64,000 nucleotides of DNA, taken from a bacterium (GTDB lineage Bacteria > UBA8248). Both the position numbers and the translations under genes were made by a program. The DNA lies in NCBI GenBank assembly GCA_963692865.2, contig OY843592.1:3648001-3712000 (forward strand), in the 5' to 3' direction. Shown here one piece after another: positions 48,553 through 58,873 of this stretch. The stretch's first letter is position 1. The number at the start of each line of letters is the position of its first letter. Below the pieces are notes generated by a model, which searched no databases, was not told the DNA's origin, and saw only the letters and a program-made list of their open reading frames with translations.

Positions 48553-50091
48553 ATGGAATTGCTGAATTCCCAAGCCGAAGAACGCCGCGTCCCCGCCATC
48601 AGGATGGAGAACGTCACCAAAACGTTCCCCGGCGTAACGGCCCTGGATCGCGTCAGTTTTGATGTCGACCACGGTGAGATACACGCGGTGGTCGGGGAGA
48701 ACGGGTCGGGAAAATCCACGCTTCTGAAGCTGATGGTGGGCGCTTTCCCGATGGATTCCGGGCTGATCCACATCAACGGGGATGAGGTTCGGCTGCGCTC
48801 GCCGCGTGAAGCCAGGAAGCGGTACGGCATCAAGATAATGCCGCAGGATGTCGAGTTGTGCGGACAACTGATTACCGGCCGGAACATCATGCTTGGCCTT
48901 GAGGGAGCGCTGGTCGACCGGAACAGGCTCTCTCGCCGCGAGCAAGCAATAACAAAAGATGTGCTCCGCCTGATCGGCGCTCACGTGGATCCCCTGGTCC
49001 TGGGGGAGGATTTAAGCACACCGGAGGCTCGGTTTATCCAGATCGCTCACGCGCTCCTGCCTCCCGTGAACGTGGTCCTTTGCGACGAGCCGACGGCGGT
49101 ACTCTCCACAGTGGATGCCGAGGCGCTTCTGGCCACCTTGACCCGGATTCGGAGCGAAGCGGGTACGGCCATTGTATATGTCAGCCACCGGATCGGTGAG
49201 GTACTACAGATAGCCGACCGCATCACGATCCTGCGCGACGGCCTCAGCGTCGGTACGTTTCGACGCGGCGAAATCGACCGAGGACAAATGATTGAGCTGA
49301 TGATCAAGTCCGCGCGCCCCGGGGAGCAAGGGGCGCCGGCTCAAGACGCCGCCCGGGGCGCGGCGAAAACAGGCAAGCTGGCAGTCAAGGCGCTCGGGCT
49401 GGGCCGGAGCTTCTCAGACGTCTCGTTCGAAGTAGCGGCGGGACAGATTGTGGGAATCGCCGGCGCGCAAGGTGCGGGATTTGGCCCGCTGCTCGCCTCG
49501 ATTGCGGGCCGTATCAAATACGACGCCGGCTCTATCGAGCTGGACGAGGCCGCCGTTCCGCCCGGCTCGACCACGAAAGCATACAGGTTCGGGATCGCGC
49601 TGGTCCCTGCCGATAGGCGGCAGGCGGGCATCATCCCGTCGCTCACGGTTCGGGAGAACATCGCCTTGCCCGTTACAGGATCGCTTGGGCGGTACGGTTT
49701 CCGGCTTCGACGGACCGAGCGGGAAACGAGCCGAAAGAGCGCCGAGATATTCGATATCAGGGGAGCCGGGCTTAACACGATGGCCGGAAACCTGAGCGGC
49801 GGCAACCAACAGAAACTGGCGATTGCCCGATGCCTTCAGGGGGACCCGAAGTTTCTTCTGCTCGAAGAACCCACGCAAGGCATTGATATCGGCGCCAAGT
49901 CCGAGGTCCGTCATTACATCAGCAGGCTCGTTCGTAATGAAGGAATGGGCGCGTTGGTTGCAAGCTCCGAGTTCGAAGATCTAATTGGCTTTTCGGATGT
50001 CCTCCATGTGATGCGTCTGGGCCGGATCGTCGCGACATTCGACGGGAAGACGGCGACCTACTCGGAGATCCTTCACGCGGCGCTCCCTTAG
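48553..50091 (+). CDS. Sugar ABC ATP-binding protein (RbsA-like, duplicated NBD)
   Basis: KTFPGVTALD, GENGSGKST, DEPT, VSHR, LSGGNQQK, EEPTQGID. Confidence 0.9.
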   Translation: MELLNSQAEERRVPAIRMENVTKTFPGVTALDRVSFDVDHGEIHAVVGENGSGKSTLLKLMVGAFPMDSGLIHINGDEVRLRSPREARKRYGIKIMPQDVELCGQLITGRNIMLGLEGALVDRNRLSRREQAITKDVLRLIGAHVDPLVLGEDLSTPEARFIQIAHALLPPVNVVLCDEPTAVLSTVDAEALLATLTRIRSEAGTAIVYVSHRIGEVLQIADRITILRDGLSVGTFRRGEIDRGQMIELMIKSARPGEQGAPAQDAARGAAKTGKLAVKALGLGRSFSDVSFEVAAGQIVGIAGAQGAGFGPLLASIAGRIKYDAGSIELDEAAVPPGSTTKAYRFGIALVPADRRQAGIIPSLTVRENIALPVTGSLGRYGFRLRRTERETSRKSAEIFDIRGAGLNTMAGNLSGGNQQKLAIARCLQGDPKFLLLEEPTQGIDIGAKSEVRHYISRLVRNEGMGALVASSEFEDLIGFSDVLHVMRLGRIVATFDGKTATYSEILHAALP

Positions 50092-50273
50092 GCGTCGGCG
50101 CCGAGGCTGCGGCGAACGGCGCAGCGTTGAACTCTTTTGATATTGCAGTTGCACGTCTTGTCGAAATACAGTAGCCCTCTTTCACCTGCGTTCAGATGGT
50201 AAGCCGACTGACATAGCTGAACGCTGGCGCCGATCATTTATCATCCCGTTTCTTAAAAAACCAGGAGACCGTC

Positions 50274-51161
50274 ATGGAGCGCAAAAAAGCGAGTGATTTC
50301 GACCAGGAACTGCTGGACCTGTTCGATGAGTACGTGCACGGCGTCATCGAGCGCAGGGAGTTTCTCGACAAGGCGGCCAAGTTCGCCGCGGGCGGCCTCA
50401 CCGCCGCCGCCCTGCTGGACATGCTCTCGCCCGACTACGCCCTTGCGAAACAGGTCGATGAGAACGACGCGCGCATCAAGGGCGAGACCATTGAATACGC
50501 CTCCCCAAAAGGACACGGGCGTATCAAAGGCTATCTCGTCCGGCCCGCGGGCGGGGGCAAGCGCGGCGGCGTGGTCGTCGTGCACGAGAACAGGGGCCTG
50601 AACCCCTACATCGCGGACGTCGCCCGGCGCGCCGCCGTGGCCGGCTTCACCGCGCTCGCGCCCGACGGCCTCACGCCGCTGGGCGGATACCCCGGCAACG
50701 ACCCCGACGGGAAGGTCATGCAGCGAAAGCTGGACAAGGGGAAACTGCTGCAGGATTTCTTCGCCGCTTTTGATCGCTTACAGGCCGACGCGAGCGCGAA
50801 CGGCAAGGTGGGCGTGGTGGGCTTTTGCTACGGGGGCGGCGTATCGAACGCCATGGCCGTGCACAAGCCGGACCTCGCAGCGTCGGTTCCCTTCTACGGC
50901 CGCCAGCCCAGGACCGAGGCCGAGGTCGCGAGGATCAAGGCGCCCCTGCTGCTCCACTTCGGCGAATTCGACCGCCGCATCAACAAGGGCTGGCCCGCCT
51001 ATGAGGCCGCGCTCAAGAAACACGGCAAGGAATACACGGCGCATTTCTATCCCAAGGCGAACCACGGCTTTCACAACGACACCACGCCGCGCTACGACAA
51101 AGCCGCCGCCGAACTCGCCTGGAAACGCACGATAGACTTCTTCCGGGCGAAGCTGGGGTAA
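50274..51161 (+). CDS. yghX: Dienelactone hydrolase family protein (YghX-like)
   Basis: [49 protein letters not shown]. Confidence 0.9.
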   Translation: MERKKASDFDQELLDLFDEYVHGVIERREFLDKAAKFAAGGLTAAALLDMLSPDYALAKQVDENDARIKGETIEYASPKGHGRIKGYLVRPAGGGKRGGVVVVHENRGLNPYIADVARRAAVAGFTALAPDGLTPLGGYPGNDPDGKVMQRKLDKGKLLQDFFAAFDRLQADASANGKVGVVGFCYGGGVSNAMAVHKPDLAASVPFYGRQPRTEAEVARIKAPLLLHFGEFDRRINKGWPAYEAALKKHGKEYTAHFYPKANHGFHNDTTPRYDKAAAELAWKRTIDFFRAKLG

Positions 51162-51177
51162 CGGTGTTCCTGCATTC

Positions 51178-51201
51178 GTAGGGGCGGTTCGCGAACCGCC
51201 C
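51178..51201 (+). repeat. GTAG-type REP
   Basis: GTAGGGGCGGTTCGCGAACCGCCC, a compensatory-change variant of 921-944. Confidence 0.8.
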
Positions 51202-51274
51202 CTCCAGTATTGTTGTACGCACGACGAAATGCCCGAGAAAACCCGGCGCCTAACCGACGAGATTCAAGATTGCC

Positions 51275-51586
51275 TCAGGCGACCCGTCCCTTATACGGAG
51301 CGAGATCGATTTCGCCTTCGCGCTTGCGGGTCTGGGCGATATCGTAGCTGTTCTGCATCCGCATCAGCGTGTCCATCGAGACGCCGAACGCTTTCTCGAC
51401 TCTGAGCGCCATGAGAGGCGAGAGGTCCGCGCGCTCGTTAATCAGTGCGGACAGCGCGGGGCGCGTGACTCCCAAAACCCGCGCCGCCTCGGTCACCGAC
51501 AACCCAAGCGGTTCGATGATCTCGATCTTCACGAACCCGCCCGGATGAGCCGGGTTCTTCATTCGTATGCCACCCGTCGCGCTCAT
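51275..51586 (-). CDS. higA: HigA family antitoxin
   Basis: MKNPAHPGG, HTH LSVTEAARVLGVTRPALS, MALRVEKAFG, MQNSYD. Confidence 0.92.
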   Translation of the reverse strand: MSATGGIRMKNPAHPGGFVKIEIIEPLGLSVTEAARVLGVTRPALSALINERADLSPLMALRVEKAFGVSMDTLMRMQNSYDIAQTRKREGEIDLAPYKGRVA

Positions 51587-51595
51587 GATCGCCTC

Positions 51596-51886
51596 CTAGT
51601 GATAATCCTCAAAATTCAACTCGACGATTTCCATCTCTGTTTGATCGATCCGGAAAATGAGCCGCCAGTTTTTTGTAACCGACAGACTCCAAACACCTTT
51701 ACGATTGCCGACAAGCTGATGCGCCCTCCAAGCCGGAACGGTTCGTAGTTCTTCCTCCCGCTCCATGTCTTGCAGGAAAGAAATGATACGCCGTAACTTC
51801 GGCACGACCGCAGGTTGGAGACCAGCCGTATTATCATCCTCTATGAATCGGCGAAGCCCTTTGTGAACCACGCTGCGAATCTTCAT
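51596..51886 (-). CDS. higB: HigB family toxin
   Basis: MKIRSVVHKGLRRF...HQLVGNRKGVWSLSVTKNWRLIF...EDYH; toxin-first gene order. Confidence 0.92.
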   Translation of the reverse strand: MKIRSVVHKGLRRFIEDDNTAGLQPAVVPKLRRIISFLQDMEREEELRTVPAWRAHQLVGNRKGVWSLSVTKNWRLIFRIDQTEMEIVELNFEDYH

Positions 51887-52065
51887 AGCGCAAAATACCC
51901 AAACCATTCGTTCAGTGTCAAGTGACACATTACGATACTCTGAAAACACCAGTTGTCTTGGCTGAAACCATTTTCTAAAACAATCATGAAGCCGCGAAGA
52001 GTCGATTCCCTTTTTTCGGAACTGCTCCTTCCCCCAACCCCGCTCATCTGACATAATGCACGGCC

Positions 52066-52890
52066 ATGAGGACCCTGTTCGGGCGGGAATCGTCTCCGCC
52101 CGCCGTTTTCAGCGAGACAGGGACTCCTCACCTCATGCGCGGCCTGCCGGGAAAATTCATCGACTTCAACAAGGCCCTTTCCAGGCGTTTCGACGAGCTC
52201 CTGCCCGAGGAATTCCGGGTGGACGGGCAGGCGCATTTCCAGGAAAAATTCGCGCCGCCCCACATCCCCGAGGGTGCGCTGGTCTACGAAGTGGGCGGAG
52301 GGAAACGCCCCCTTCATTCCAGGGAAGAGAAGGCGCGGCGGGGCCTCCGGGTCGTCGGTCTCGACATCGATCAGTCAGAGTTGATGCGCGCGCCCCTCGG
52401 AGCCTACGACGAAACCATCCGCGCCGACATCACCGAATACCGGGGACGTGAAGACGCCGACGCGCTGGTCTGCCAAGCACTGCTCGAGCACGTCGCCGAT
52501 ACCACGGCCGCCTTCGCCGGCCTGGCGAGCATCTTGAAGAAAGGCGGCGTCGCCCTCCTCTTCGCACCATCGCGAAAGGCCCTCTACGCGCGGATGAACC
52601 TCTTCATCCCGGAGAGACTCAAGCGCAAGCTGCTGAGGTTCCTCTACCCCGAGACCGCGGATAGGTCCGGTTTTCCGGGCCGCTACCACCGCTGCACGTT
52701 GCTTGATTTTGAAGATATGGCGCGCGGACAAGGTTTAACCGTGATTCAGAAACAAGCCTATTATTTCAGCGAGTATTTCACCTTCTTTGCGCCACTGCAC
52801 ATTCTCTGGCGGATTTGGCTTTGGGTTTTCTTTCTCCTGGCGCGCGAGCGGGCGGCGGAAACCTTCAGCATGGCGCTTCGCAAAAGATGA
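52066..52890 (+). CDS. Class I SAM-dependent methyltransferase (start may be 52135)
   Basis: VYEVGGG, VVGLDID, ALLEHV, LKKGG. Confidence 0.82.
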   Translation: MRTLFGRESSPPAVFSETGTPHLMRGLPGKFIDFNKALSRRFDELLPEEFRVDGQAHFQEKFAPPHIPEGALVYEVGGGKRPLHSREEKARRGLRVVGLDIDQSELMRAPLGAYDETIRADITEYRGREDADALVCQALLEHVADTTAAFAGLASILKKGGVALLFAPSRKALYARMNLFIPERLKRKLLRFLYPETADRSGFPGRYHRCTLLDFEDMARGQGLTVIQKQAYYFSEYFTFFAPLHILWRIWLWVFFLLARERAAETFSMALRKR

Positions 52891-52942
52891 ACATGGAAAC
52901 CGGGGCGCGCCCCGTTTCGCCCTCCTAAGCCGAGCGGACATC

Positions 52943-54889
52943 ATGTGCGGCGTCGCGGGTTTTCTCTTCACGCATCAGGAGGTGGACGATCCCCGGGGCG
53001 TCGTCATGAGAATGGCGGAGAGCCTCCTCCACCGGGGTCCCGACGATGGGGGAAGCTGGGTCGACGAGGCGGCGGGCGTCGCCCTGGGGCACAGGAGGCT
53101 CGCCGTCATCGACCCGAGCGCCGACGGCCGTCAGCCGATGATCTCGCTCGGGGGGCGATACGTCCTCTCCTGCAACGGGGAAATCTATAATTTCATCGAA
53201 CTGCGCGATGAATTGACGCGCGAGGGGGCGCGCTTCAAGGGGCGCTCGGACACCGAGGTACTCCTCGCAGCGGTGGAAAGGTGGGGGCCGGCGGCGGCCA
53301 TCCGGCGGTTCGTCGGCATGTTCGCCTTCGCTTTGTGGGACCGCTCTGAGAAAACGTTGCACCTCGCGCGCGACCGCATGGGCGAAAAGCCTCTCTATTA
53401 CGGTTGGCGCGGAAAATCTTTTCTCTTCGGCTCGGAGATCAAATCTCTCCGCGCGCATCCTGACTGGGAAGGCGATATCAACGCCGACGCTTTGGCCGAT
53501 TACATGAAACTGGGCTGCGTGCCCGCTCCATACTCCATCTATAGAGGAATCCACAAACTGCCGCCCGCCTCCATCTTGAGCCTCCGCGCTTCGGACCCGC
53601 CTGGGCGTCTGCCGGAGCCGAGCGCGTACTGGTTCGCCCAAGATGCCGTGACGCGCGCATCCACAGCTAGAGAAACTCTTACCGACGATGAGGCGCTTGA
53701 TCAACTAGAGGAGGTGCTGAAGCGCTCCGTACGCCAGATGATGCGCTCCGACGCGCCGCTGGGCGCGTTTCTCTCCGGTGGCGCCGATTCCTCGACCGTG
53801 GCGGCCCTGGTGCAGGCGGCGAGCGGCGCTCCCGTCCGGACGTTTTCCATCGGCTTCCACGAGAAAGGCTACGACGAGGCCCACCATGCGCGCGAGATGG
53901 CCCGCCATCTCGGAACCGAGCACACCGAACTCTACGCCGGCCCCGGAGAAGCGCTCGAAGTCATCCCGCGCCTGCCCCGGCTCTATGACGAGCCGTTCGC
54001 GGATCCCTCCCAGATCCCCACATTCCTTTTGTGCGCTCTCACGAGGGAACACGCGACGGTCGCCCTCTCCGGCGATGGGGGCGATGAGCTTTTCGGCGGC
54101 TACAACCGTCATTTCTGGGCGCCCAGGGTCTGGAAGTGGGCGAGTCGGCTGCCGGAGAGAGGGAAAGCGCGAATCGCGAAGGGACTGGTGACGCGACATC
54201 CTATGCTGGCGCGATATTATGAAAAAATATCCCACCTGCTGCCCAGGCGCTACCAAGTCGAGATGACCGGGGAAAAGCTCCTTAAACTGGTGGATATTCT
54301 TGACGCATCGAACCTCGATGACGCCTATGAGCGGCTGAGGACGCACGGGGACGCTTCGGTTTGCTCACCAGGGACCCGAGACGTGGAAAACACCCTCGCC
54401 CCGGAACCCCTCCCGCGCGGCCTTCACCCCGCCGAGAGGATGATGTACCGCGACATGGTGGAATATCTGCCCGATGATATTCTCGTGAAGGTGGACAGGG
54501 CGGCCATGGGGGCGAGCCTTGAGGTGAGAGCGCCCTACCTGGACCACCGGGTGGTGGAGTTCGTCTGGAGTCTACCCTTAAGGATGAAGCTGCGGAGAGG
54601 AGAAGGAAAATGGATTTTAAGGCGACTATTGTCCCGCTACGCTCCCGCCTCCCTGATTCAAAGGCCTAAAATGGGGTTCGCCGTCCCTGTCGGCGAATGG
54701 CTGAGAGGCCCTCTCAGGGACTGGGCGGAAGACTTATTGAGAGAATCGCGACTCAGGGAAGAGGGATTTTTCCCTGCAAAACCCATCCGCCGAATGTGGG
54801 ATCAGCACGCATCCGGTGAAAGGGACCGGCGATACTGCCTCTGGAACGTGTTGATGTTTCAATCCTGGTTGAGTGAGCAGGGGCGATGA
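52943..54889 (+). CDS. asnB: Asparagine synthase (glutamine-hydrolysing) family amidotransferase
   Basis: MCGVAG, HRGPD, NGEIYN, RDRMGEKPL, FLSGGADS, SGDGGDE, KVDRAAM, KMGF. Confidence 0.92.
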   Translation: MCGVAGFLFTHQEVDDPRGVVMRMAESLLHRGPDDGGSWVDEAAGVALGHRRLAVIDPSADGRQPMISLGGRYVLSCNGEIYNFIELRDELTREGARFKGRSDTEVLLAAVERWGPAAAIRRFVGMFAFALWDRSEKTLHLARDRMGEKPLYYGWRGKSFLFGSEIKSLRAHPDWEGDINADALADYMKLGCVPAPYSIYRGIHKLPPASILSLRASDPPGRLPEPSAYWFAQDAVTRASTARETLTDDEALDQLEEVLKRSVRQMMRSDAPLGAFLSGGADSSTVAALVQAASGAPVRTFSIGFHEKGYDEAHHAREMARHLGTEHTELYAGPGEALEVIPRLPRLYDEPFADPSQIPTFLLCALTREHATVALSGDGGDELFGGYNRHFWAPRVWKWASRLPERGKARIAKGLVTRHPMLARYYEKISHLLPRRYQVEMTGEKLLKLVDILDASNLDDAYERLRTHGDASVCSPGTRDVENTLAPEPLPRGLHPAERMMYRDMVEYLPDDILVKVDRAAMGASLEVRAPYLDHRVVEFVWSLPLRMKLRRGEGKWILRRLLSRYAPASLIQRPKMGFAVPVGEWLRGPLRDWAEDLLRESRLREEGFFPAKPIRRMWDQHASGERDRRYCLWNVLMFQSWLSEQGR

Positions 54890-54890
54890 G

Positions 54891-56048
54891 ATGAACAAGA
54901 CGTTGTTTGTGCTGGACCTGGAGGACAGATACTTTTTGAGCCACAGGCGCGCGCTCGCCCTGGCTGCCAAGAATGCAGGATACCGCGTCGTCGTATGCGT
55001 GAGAATCGGCGGAAAATACATGGAGCGGATTCGCGCGGCGGGATTCGAGTGTTTCGCTCTGGGGAATGAAAACAAAGGAGGGATCAGCCTCCCTCGAGAA
55101 CTTCTCGCACTCATCAAGCTTGTTCGCTCCTACCGGAAATACCGGCCTTGCATCGCCCACCATTTCGGCGTTAGAAACCTGCTTCACGGCTCGCTTGCCG
55201 CGCGTCTCGCAAAAACACCCTTCGTCGTGAACTCGCTTCTGGGACTGGGTTCGCTGTTTTCAGGAAGCTCGCTGAAACGGAACATCCTGAAAAAAATCGT
55301 CTTGTTCTCATTGCGGCATTTCCATCTAAGGAAAAACACTCACGTTGTCGTACAAAACGACGATGACAAGGAAATGATTCTCCAAAACGTGCTTTCCGAT
55401 GAATCGCGTCTGAGCGTCGTTCGCGGTTCGGGCGTCGACGTTCGATCCTTTCATCCCGCCCCGGAACCCCCGGGCATACCCCTGGCGGTGCTCGCCTCCC
55501 GGATGATCGCGGAAAAAGGGGTGCATGAATTCGTCGAAGCGGCGGCCCTGCTGAAAAAAGAAGGCGCAGAAATTCAGATGGTGCTGGTGGGAAGCCCGGA
55601 TCCCAAGAACCCATCTTCCATCCCCGAATCCACGCTTCGCGGGTGGAGCCGCGAAGCCGGAGTCGAATGGTGGGGCTACCGGGAGGATATGGCCGACGTA
55701 TGGAGAGGCTGCCACATCGCCGTTTTGCCGACCTACTATAGAGAGGGGCTTCCGAAAAGCCTGCTGGAGGCGACGGCATGCGGCCGCCCGCTGGTGACCA
55801 CCCGGGTTCCCGGCTGCCGGGAGGTGCTCCAGGACGGGGTGAACGGACTAAGCGTCGCGCCTCGTGACGCCAGGAGCCTTGCCGACGCGGTCGGGAAACT
55901 GGCCGAAGACGCCGCGCTCAGGCGAAGAATGGGCGAGGCGGGACGAAGAATCGTGGAGAAGGAATTTTCCGACGAAATCGTGACGGGGAAATTTTTGAGA
56001 CTCTACGAGCGCATGAGCGCGGAGGAAAAAGAACCAAAGAGAAAATGA
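54891..56048 (+). CDS. GT4 family glycosyltransferase (CapM-like)
   Basis: FLSHR, VQNDDD, GSGVD, SRMIAEKG, REGLPKSLLEA, PGCRE. Confidence 0.9.
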   Translation: MNKTLFVLDLEDRYFLSHRRALALAAKNAGYRVVVCVRIGGKYMERIRAAGFECFALGNENKGGISLPRELLALIKLVRSYRKYRPCIAHHFGVRNLLHGSLAARLAKTPFVVNSLLGLGSLFSGSSLKRNILKKIVLFSLRHFHLRKNTHVVVQNDDDKEMILQNVLSDESRLSVVRGSGVDVRSFHPAPEPPGIPLAVLASRMIAEKGVHEFVEAAALLKKEGAEIQMVLVGSPDPKNPSSIPESTLRGWSREAGVEWWGYREDMADVWRGCHIAVLPTYYREGLPKSLLEATACGRPLVTTRVPGCREVLQDGVNGLSVAPRDARSLADAVGKLAEDAALRRRMGEAGRRIVEKEFSDEIVTGKFLRLYERMSAEEKEPKRK

Positions 56049-56109
56049 GGCGAGTTTCGGCTGGTCCGATGGATGGAGTATGAAACCTCTCGCCAGATGC
56101 GATTACGGC

Positions 56110-56781
56110 CTAGGCGCTTGGTCCCCGCAAGCGAAAAAAAGCGAGCGCCGTCAGGAAAACCACTTGCAGGTCCATCCAGAGCGAGTAATTCAGAATGTAA
56201 TATAAATCATGTTCCAGTTTGATTCTGTAATCTTCGATCTGGTCGACGTGGCCCTGCCGGATCTGCGCCCACCCCGTGATTCCCGCCGGAACGAGTTCTC
56301 GATATGCAAATTCGGGGTAGTGCTTCTTGGCTATCTCCAGCGTCTTGATGTACTCCGCCCTCGGACCGACGATGCTCATATCCCCCTTGATGACGTTCCA
56401 TAGTTGGGGAAATTCATCAAGATGATATCTGCGCAGGAAACGCCCGAACGGATAAATTCTCGGATCGTTTTCCTTCGTGGACATCGTTCCCTGCGGCTGA
56501 TGGGCATTCACGCGCATGGTCCGGAATTTATAGAGCGTGAACAATCTCCCATCCTGGGTGGCGCGAACCTGCGAATAAAATATCGGTCCCCCGCTCACGA
56601 GCCTGATCAGGATCGCAATGAGGAAACCAAAAGGGGCGAAAAAGGCCAGGACCGTGAGGCCGAACCCCAGATCCAGTGCGCGTTTGCACAGACGCTGACG
56701 CCGGTTCAAGACCTGCCCACTCTTCAGGGCGGATATTTCCCCGGCGCCGGAAATGGACTCCAAAGGAACACGGTTTTTCAT
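56110..56781 (-). CDS. Bacterial sugar transferase (priming undecaprenyl-phosphate phosphoglycosyltransferase)
   Basis: KRALD, YKFRTM, DPRI, LDEFPQLWNVIKGDMSIVGPR, GITGWAQ, DLYYI. Confidence 0.92.
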   Translation of the reverse strand: MKNRVPLESISGAGEISALKSGQVLNRRQRLCKRALDLGFGLTVLAFFAPFGFLIAILIRLVSGGPIFYSQVRATQDGRLFTLYKFRTMRVNAHQPQGTMSTKENDPRIYPFGRFLRRYHLDEFPQLWNVIKGDMSIVGPRAEYIKTLEIAKKHYPEFAYRELVPAGITGWAQIRQGHVDQIEDYRIKLEHDLYYILNYSLWMDLQVVFLTALAFFRLRGPSA

Positions 56782-57421
56782 GAGATGGCTCTTTTTCGCT
56801 TTACATTCAAAACGAATTCACATATATTCGAATGAATAACGAAAATAAAACGAAAATTATGGCGCGCGGCCGAAACATAATTCATAATCCACCGCACGGG
56901 CAGAAAATAAGACATGGCTTCACACAAGGCAAAACTGGTGAGAACGAGGAAAAAATCCCGGCGTAAAACGAATCGCCGGCTGTTTCCGACGGACTTTGGG
57001 AGAAGTTGATGAAATGTGGATTTTTCTTCCATCGCAGAGGGCGCCAGCCCACAGCCCTGGCTGCTGGATGAGGGGAGTGATAACGAAAGCACATGAGCGT
57101 CGAACCCTCGCGAATTTTGGCGCAAAAAGCGAGCCTGAGTCCTCGAGCCTTTGCGGGCTGAGCGTCGTACAAGCCACTATCCGTGGGAAGCGGCTTCACA
57201 CTTACTCCGACTTGAAGACAGTCGTCTTGAATTCAGTGACCAGTCCGTGAATCTACGCGTATGAACTGTATGCCAGCAGGCATAGTGTGATGAAAAATCA
57301 GAGTTGTCAACTTTAAGCGAAGCAAAAGAATTTTGAGGTATATACGTTTTTATCGATCATGAAGGTGTGAGATTTTCGGTCCTTTTCAAGAAAGTCTCCG
57401 TCTCCCGGAGGTCATTTTTCC

Positions 57422-58873
57422 TTGATGAATCCTTCGTTCCTGGCATATGGCGCGATGGCCATCGGCGCAGCTGCGATCATCGGGTCGAGCCTGTTCAACC
57501 TCGGAGCCGGGGGCGCGCTGCTTTTGTTCCTGAGCCCGCTCGTGAACATCGAGGTCGCCTTCGGCGATACGGGAAGAAGCATCTCATACGACAAAATGGC
57601 GCTCCTGGCCCTGGCCTCGGGCTTCGCGTGGCGCCTTCTGAGAAGCGGGAAACGCGTCCGTCTCAAGAGCAAACCGATCTTCTGCCGCATCTGGCTCGTT
57701 TACATCATCTGGAGCTTCGTCGCGGCATGGCTGAGCGGCGCTCCTGTGAAACAACAATTCTGGGGCCTGGCCGAGACGACCGCCTATTTCATCACCTTCC
57801 TCGCCTTTCTGGAAATTTGCGCGGACGAAACCTCCCGCAACCGGATACTGAAAGCCATCCTCTACGGCGGCGCCATCATGCTGGCGGCGGTCTTGCTCCA
57901 GAACCTGGCCTATCAAATCACCTGGAAAATCTGGGGGCCGCACCACGGCTTCCGCGCCGATTTGTTGTACTCCCCGTTTCCCCGGATGTTCTTTCACCCC
58001 CGGCCCGGCCCTATCGGGCATCCGAATTTTCTCGCAGCCTATCTGGTTCTGTGGGCCATGCTCTACCCACCGCTTTTCCGCGCGTTCTCCCGTCCGGCGG
58101 CGTTCGCCCTCCTCGCCGCACATCTCGTCGTATTGGGGTTGATGCGCAGCTATGGAGGAGTTTTGGGTTTCGCCGTCTGTTGTTCGATGGTTTTGTATTT
58201 CACAAAACCATCCCCCACGGACATGATTCCCGGCCGCGTTTCCCGCTCCAAAGCCCGTCTCCTCCGGCACGCTCTGGCCGCTTTCCTCATCCTGTCGATA
58301 GGGACCGTCGCCGCCAACGACGGAGACTTCATGGATTTATCGCTATTTCCCAGAATCTATATTCATCGCGTTGGTGGAAAAATGCTCGCAGAGCGCCCTT
58401 TGACGGGCTATGGAAACGGTCTCTTCCCCCAATCCCTTCAGAAAAAGGAGAGGGAATATATAAAAACCGAGGGGCTGAAAGCGCCGCCCTGGAGGACAAA
58501 AAGTCCCGGCGCAGGGAGAACCGACAAGGCCCGGGAGCGGGGAGAGGGGCACTTCAGTGGCAGGGATGAAAATCTCCCTCCGCTTTCGGCTCATTCCTCC
58601 TATCTGAAAGCCTTCGTCGAGTCAGGTTTTCCCGGTGGTGTTCTTTTTCTTTGTCTGATGGCTTGGGGACTCATGGAGGCATTTCTTCACTTGAGGAAAA
58701 CGCGACGGCTTTCGATACGCTCAGCGGAAGCCTGGGGGTGGGCCGCCTGCGTCGGTGTGTGTTTCCAAGCCGGAACCGAGAACATTTTTTCGTCTCCCAA
58801 AATTTCCGTTCTCTATTGGGCCGTCACGGCGTATTGCCTGACGGCGAAATCCAAGCCAGCGAAAAGCCGCTAG
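57422..58873 (+). CDS. O-antigen ligase (Wzy_C) family membrane protein
   Basis: Multi-TM; GPIGHPNFLA, ERPLTGYG, SAHSSYL...ESGFPG. Confidence 0.8.
   Translation: MMNPSFLAYGAMAIGAAAIIGSSLFNLGAGGALLLFLSPLVNIEVAFGDTGRSISYDKMALLALASGFAWRLLRSGKRVRLKSKPIFCRIWLVYIIWSFVAAWLSGAPVKQQFWGLAETTAYFITFLAFLEICADETSRNRILKAILYGGAIMLAAVLLQNLAYQITWKIWGPHHGFRADLLYSPFPRMFFHPRPGPIGHPNFLAAYLVLWAMLYPPLFRAFSRPAAFALLAAHLVVLGLMRSYGGVLGFAVCCSMVLYFTKPSPTDMIPGRVSRSKARLLRHALAAFLILSIGTVAANDGDFMDLSLFPRIYIHRVGGKMLAERPLTGYGNGLFPQSLQKKEREYIKTEGLKAPPWRTKSPGAGRTDKARERGEGHFSGRDENLPPLSAHSSYLKAFVESGFPGGVLFLCLMAWGLMEAFLHLRKTRRLSIRSAEAWGWAACVGVCFQAGTENIFSSPKISVLYWAVTAYCLTAKSKPAKSR

Noticed and set aside
51247-51280. GTTAGGC after higA resembling an integron attC core
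   Set aside because: No RYYYAAC inverse core at a plausible distance (about 30 bp available), no L boxes, no integrase or further cassettes
56778-57250. Small ORFs upstream of the priming sugar transferase as a lost N-terminal domain
   Set aside because: No recognisable similarity to the TM/CoA-binding region of long WcaJ-type proteins; more likely an AT-rich divergent promoter region
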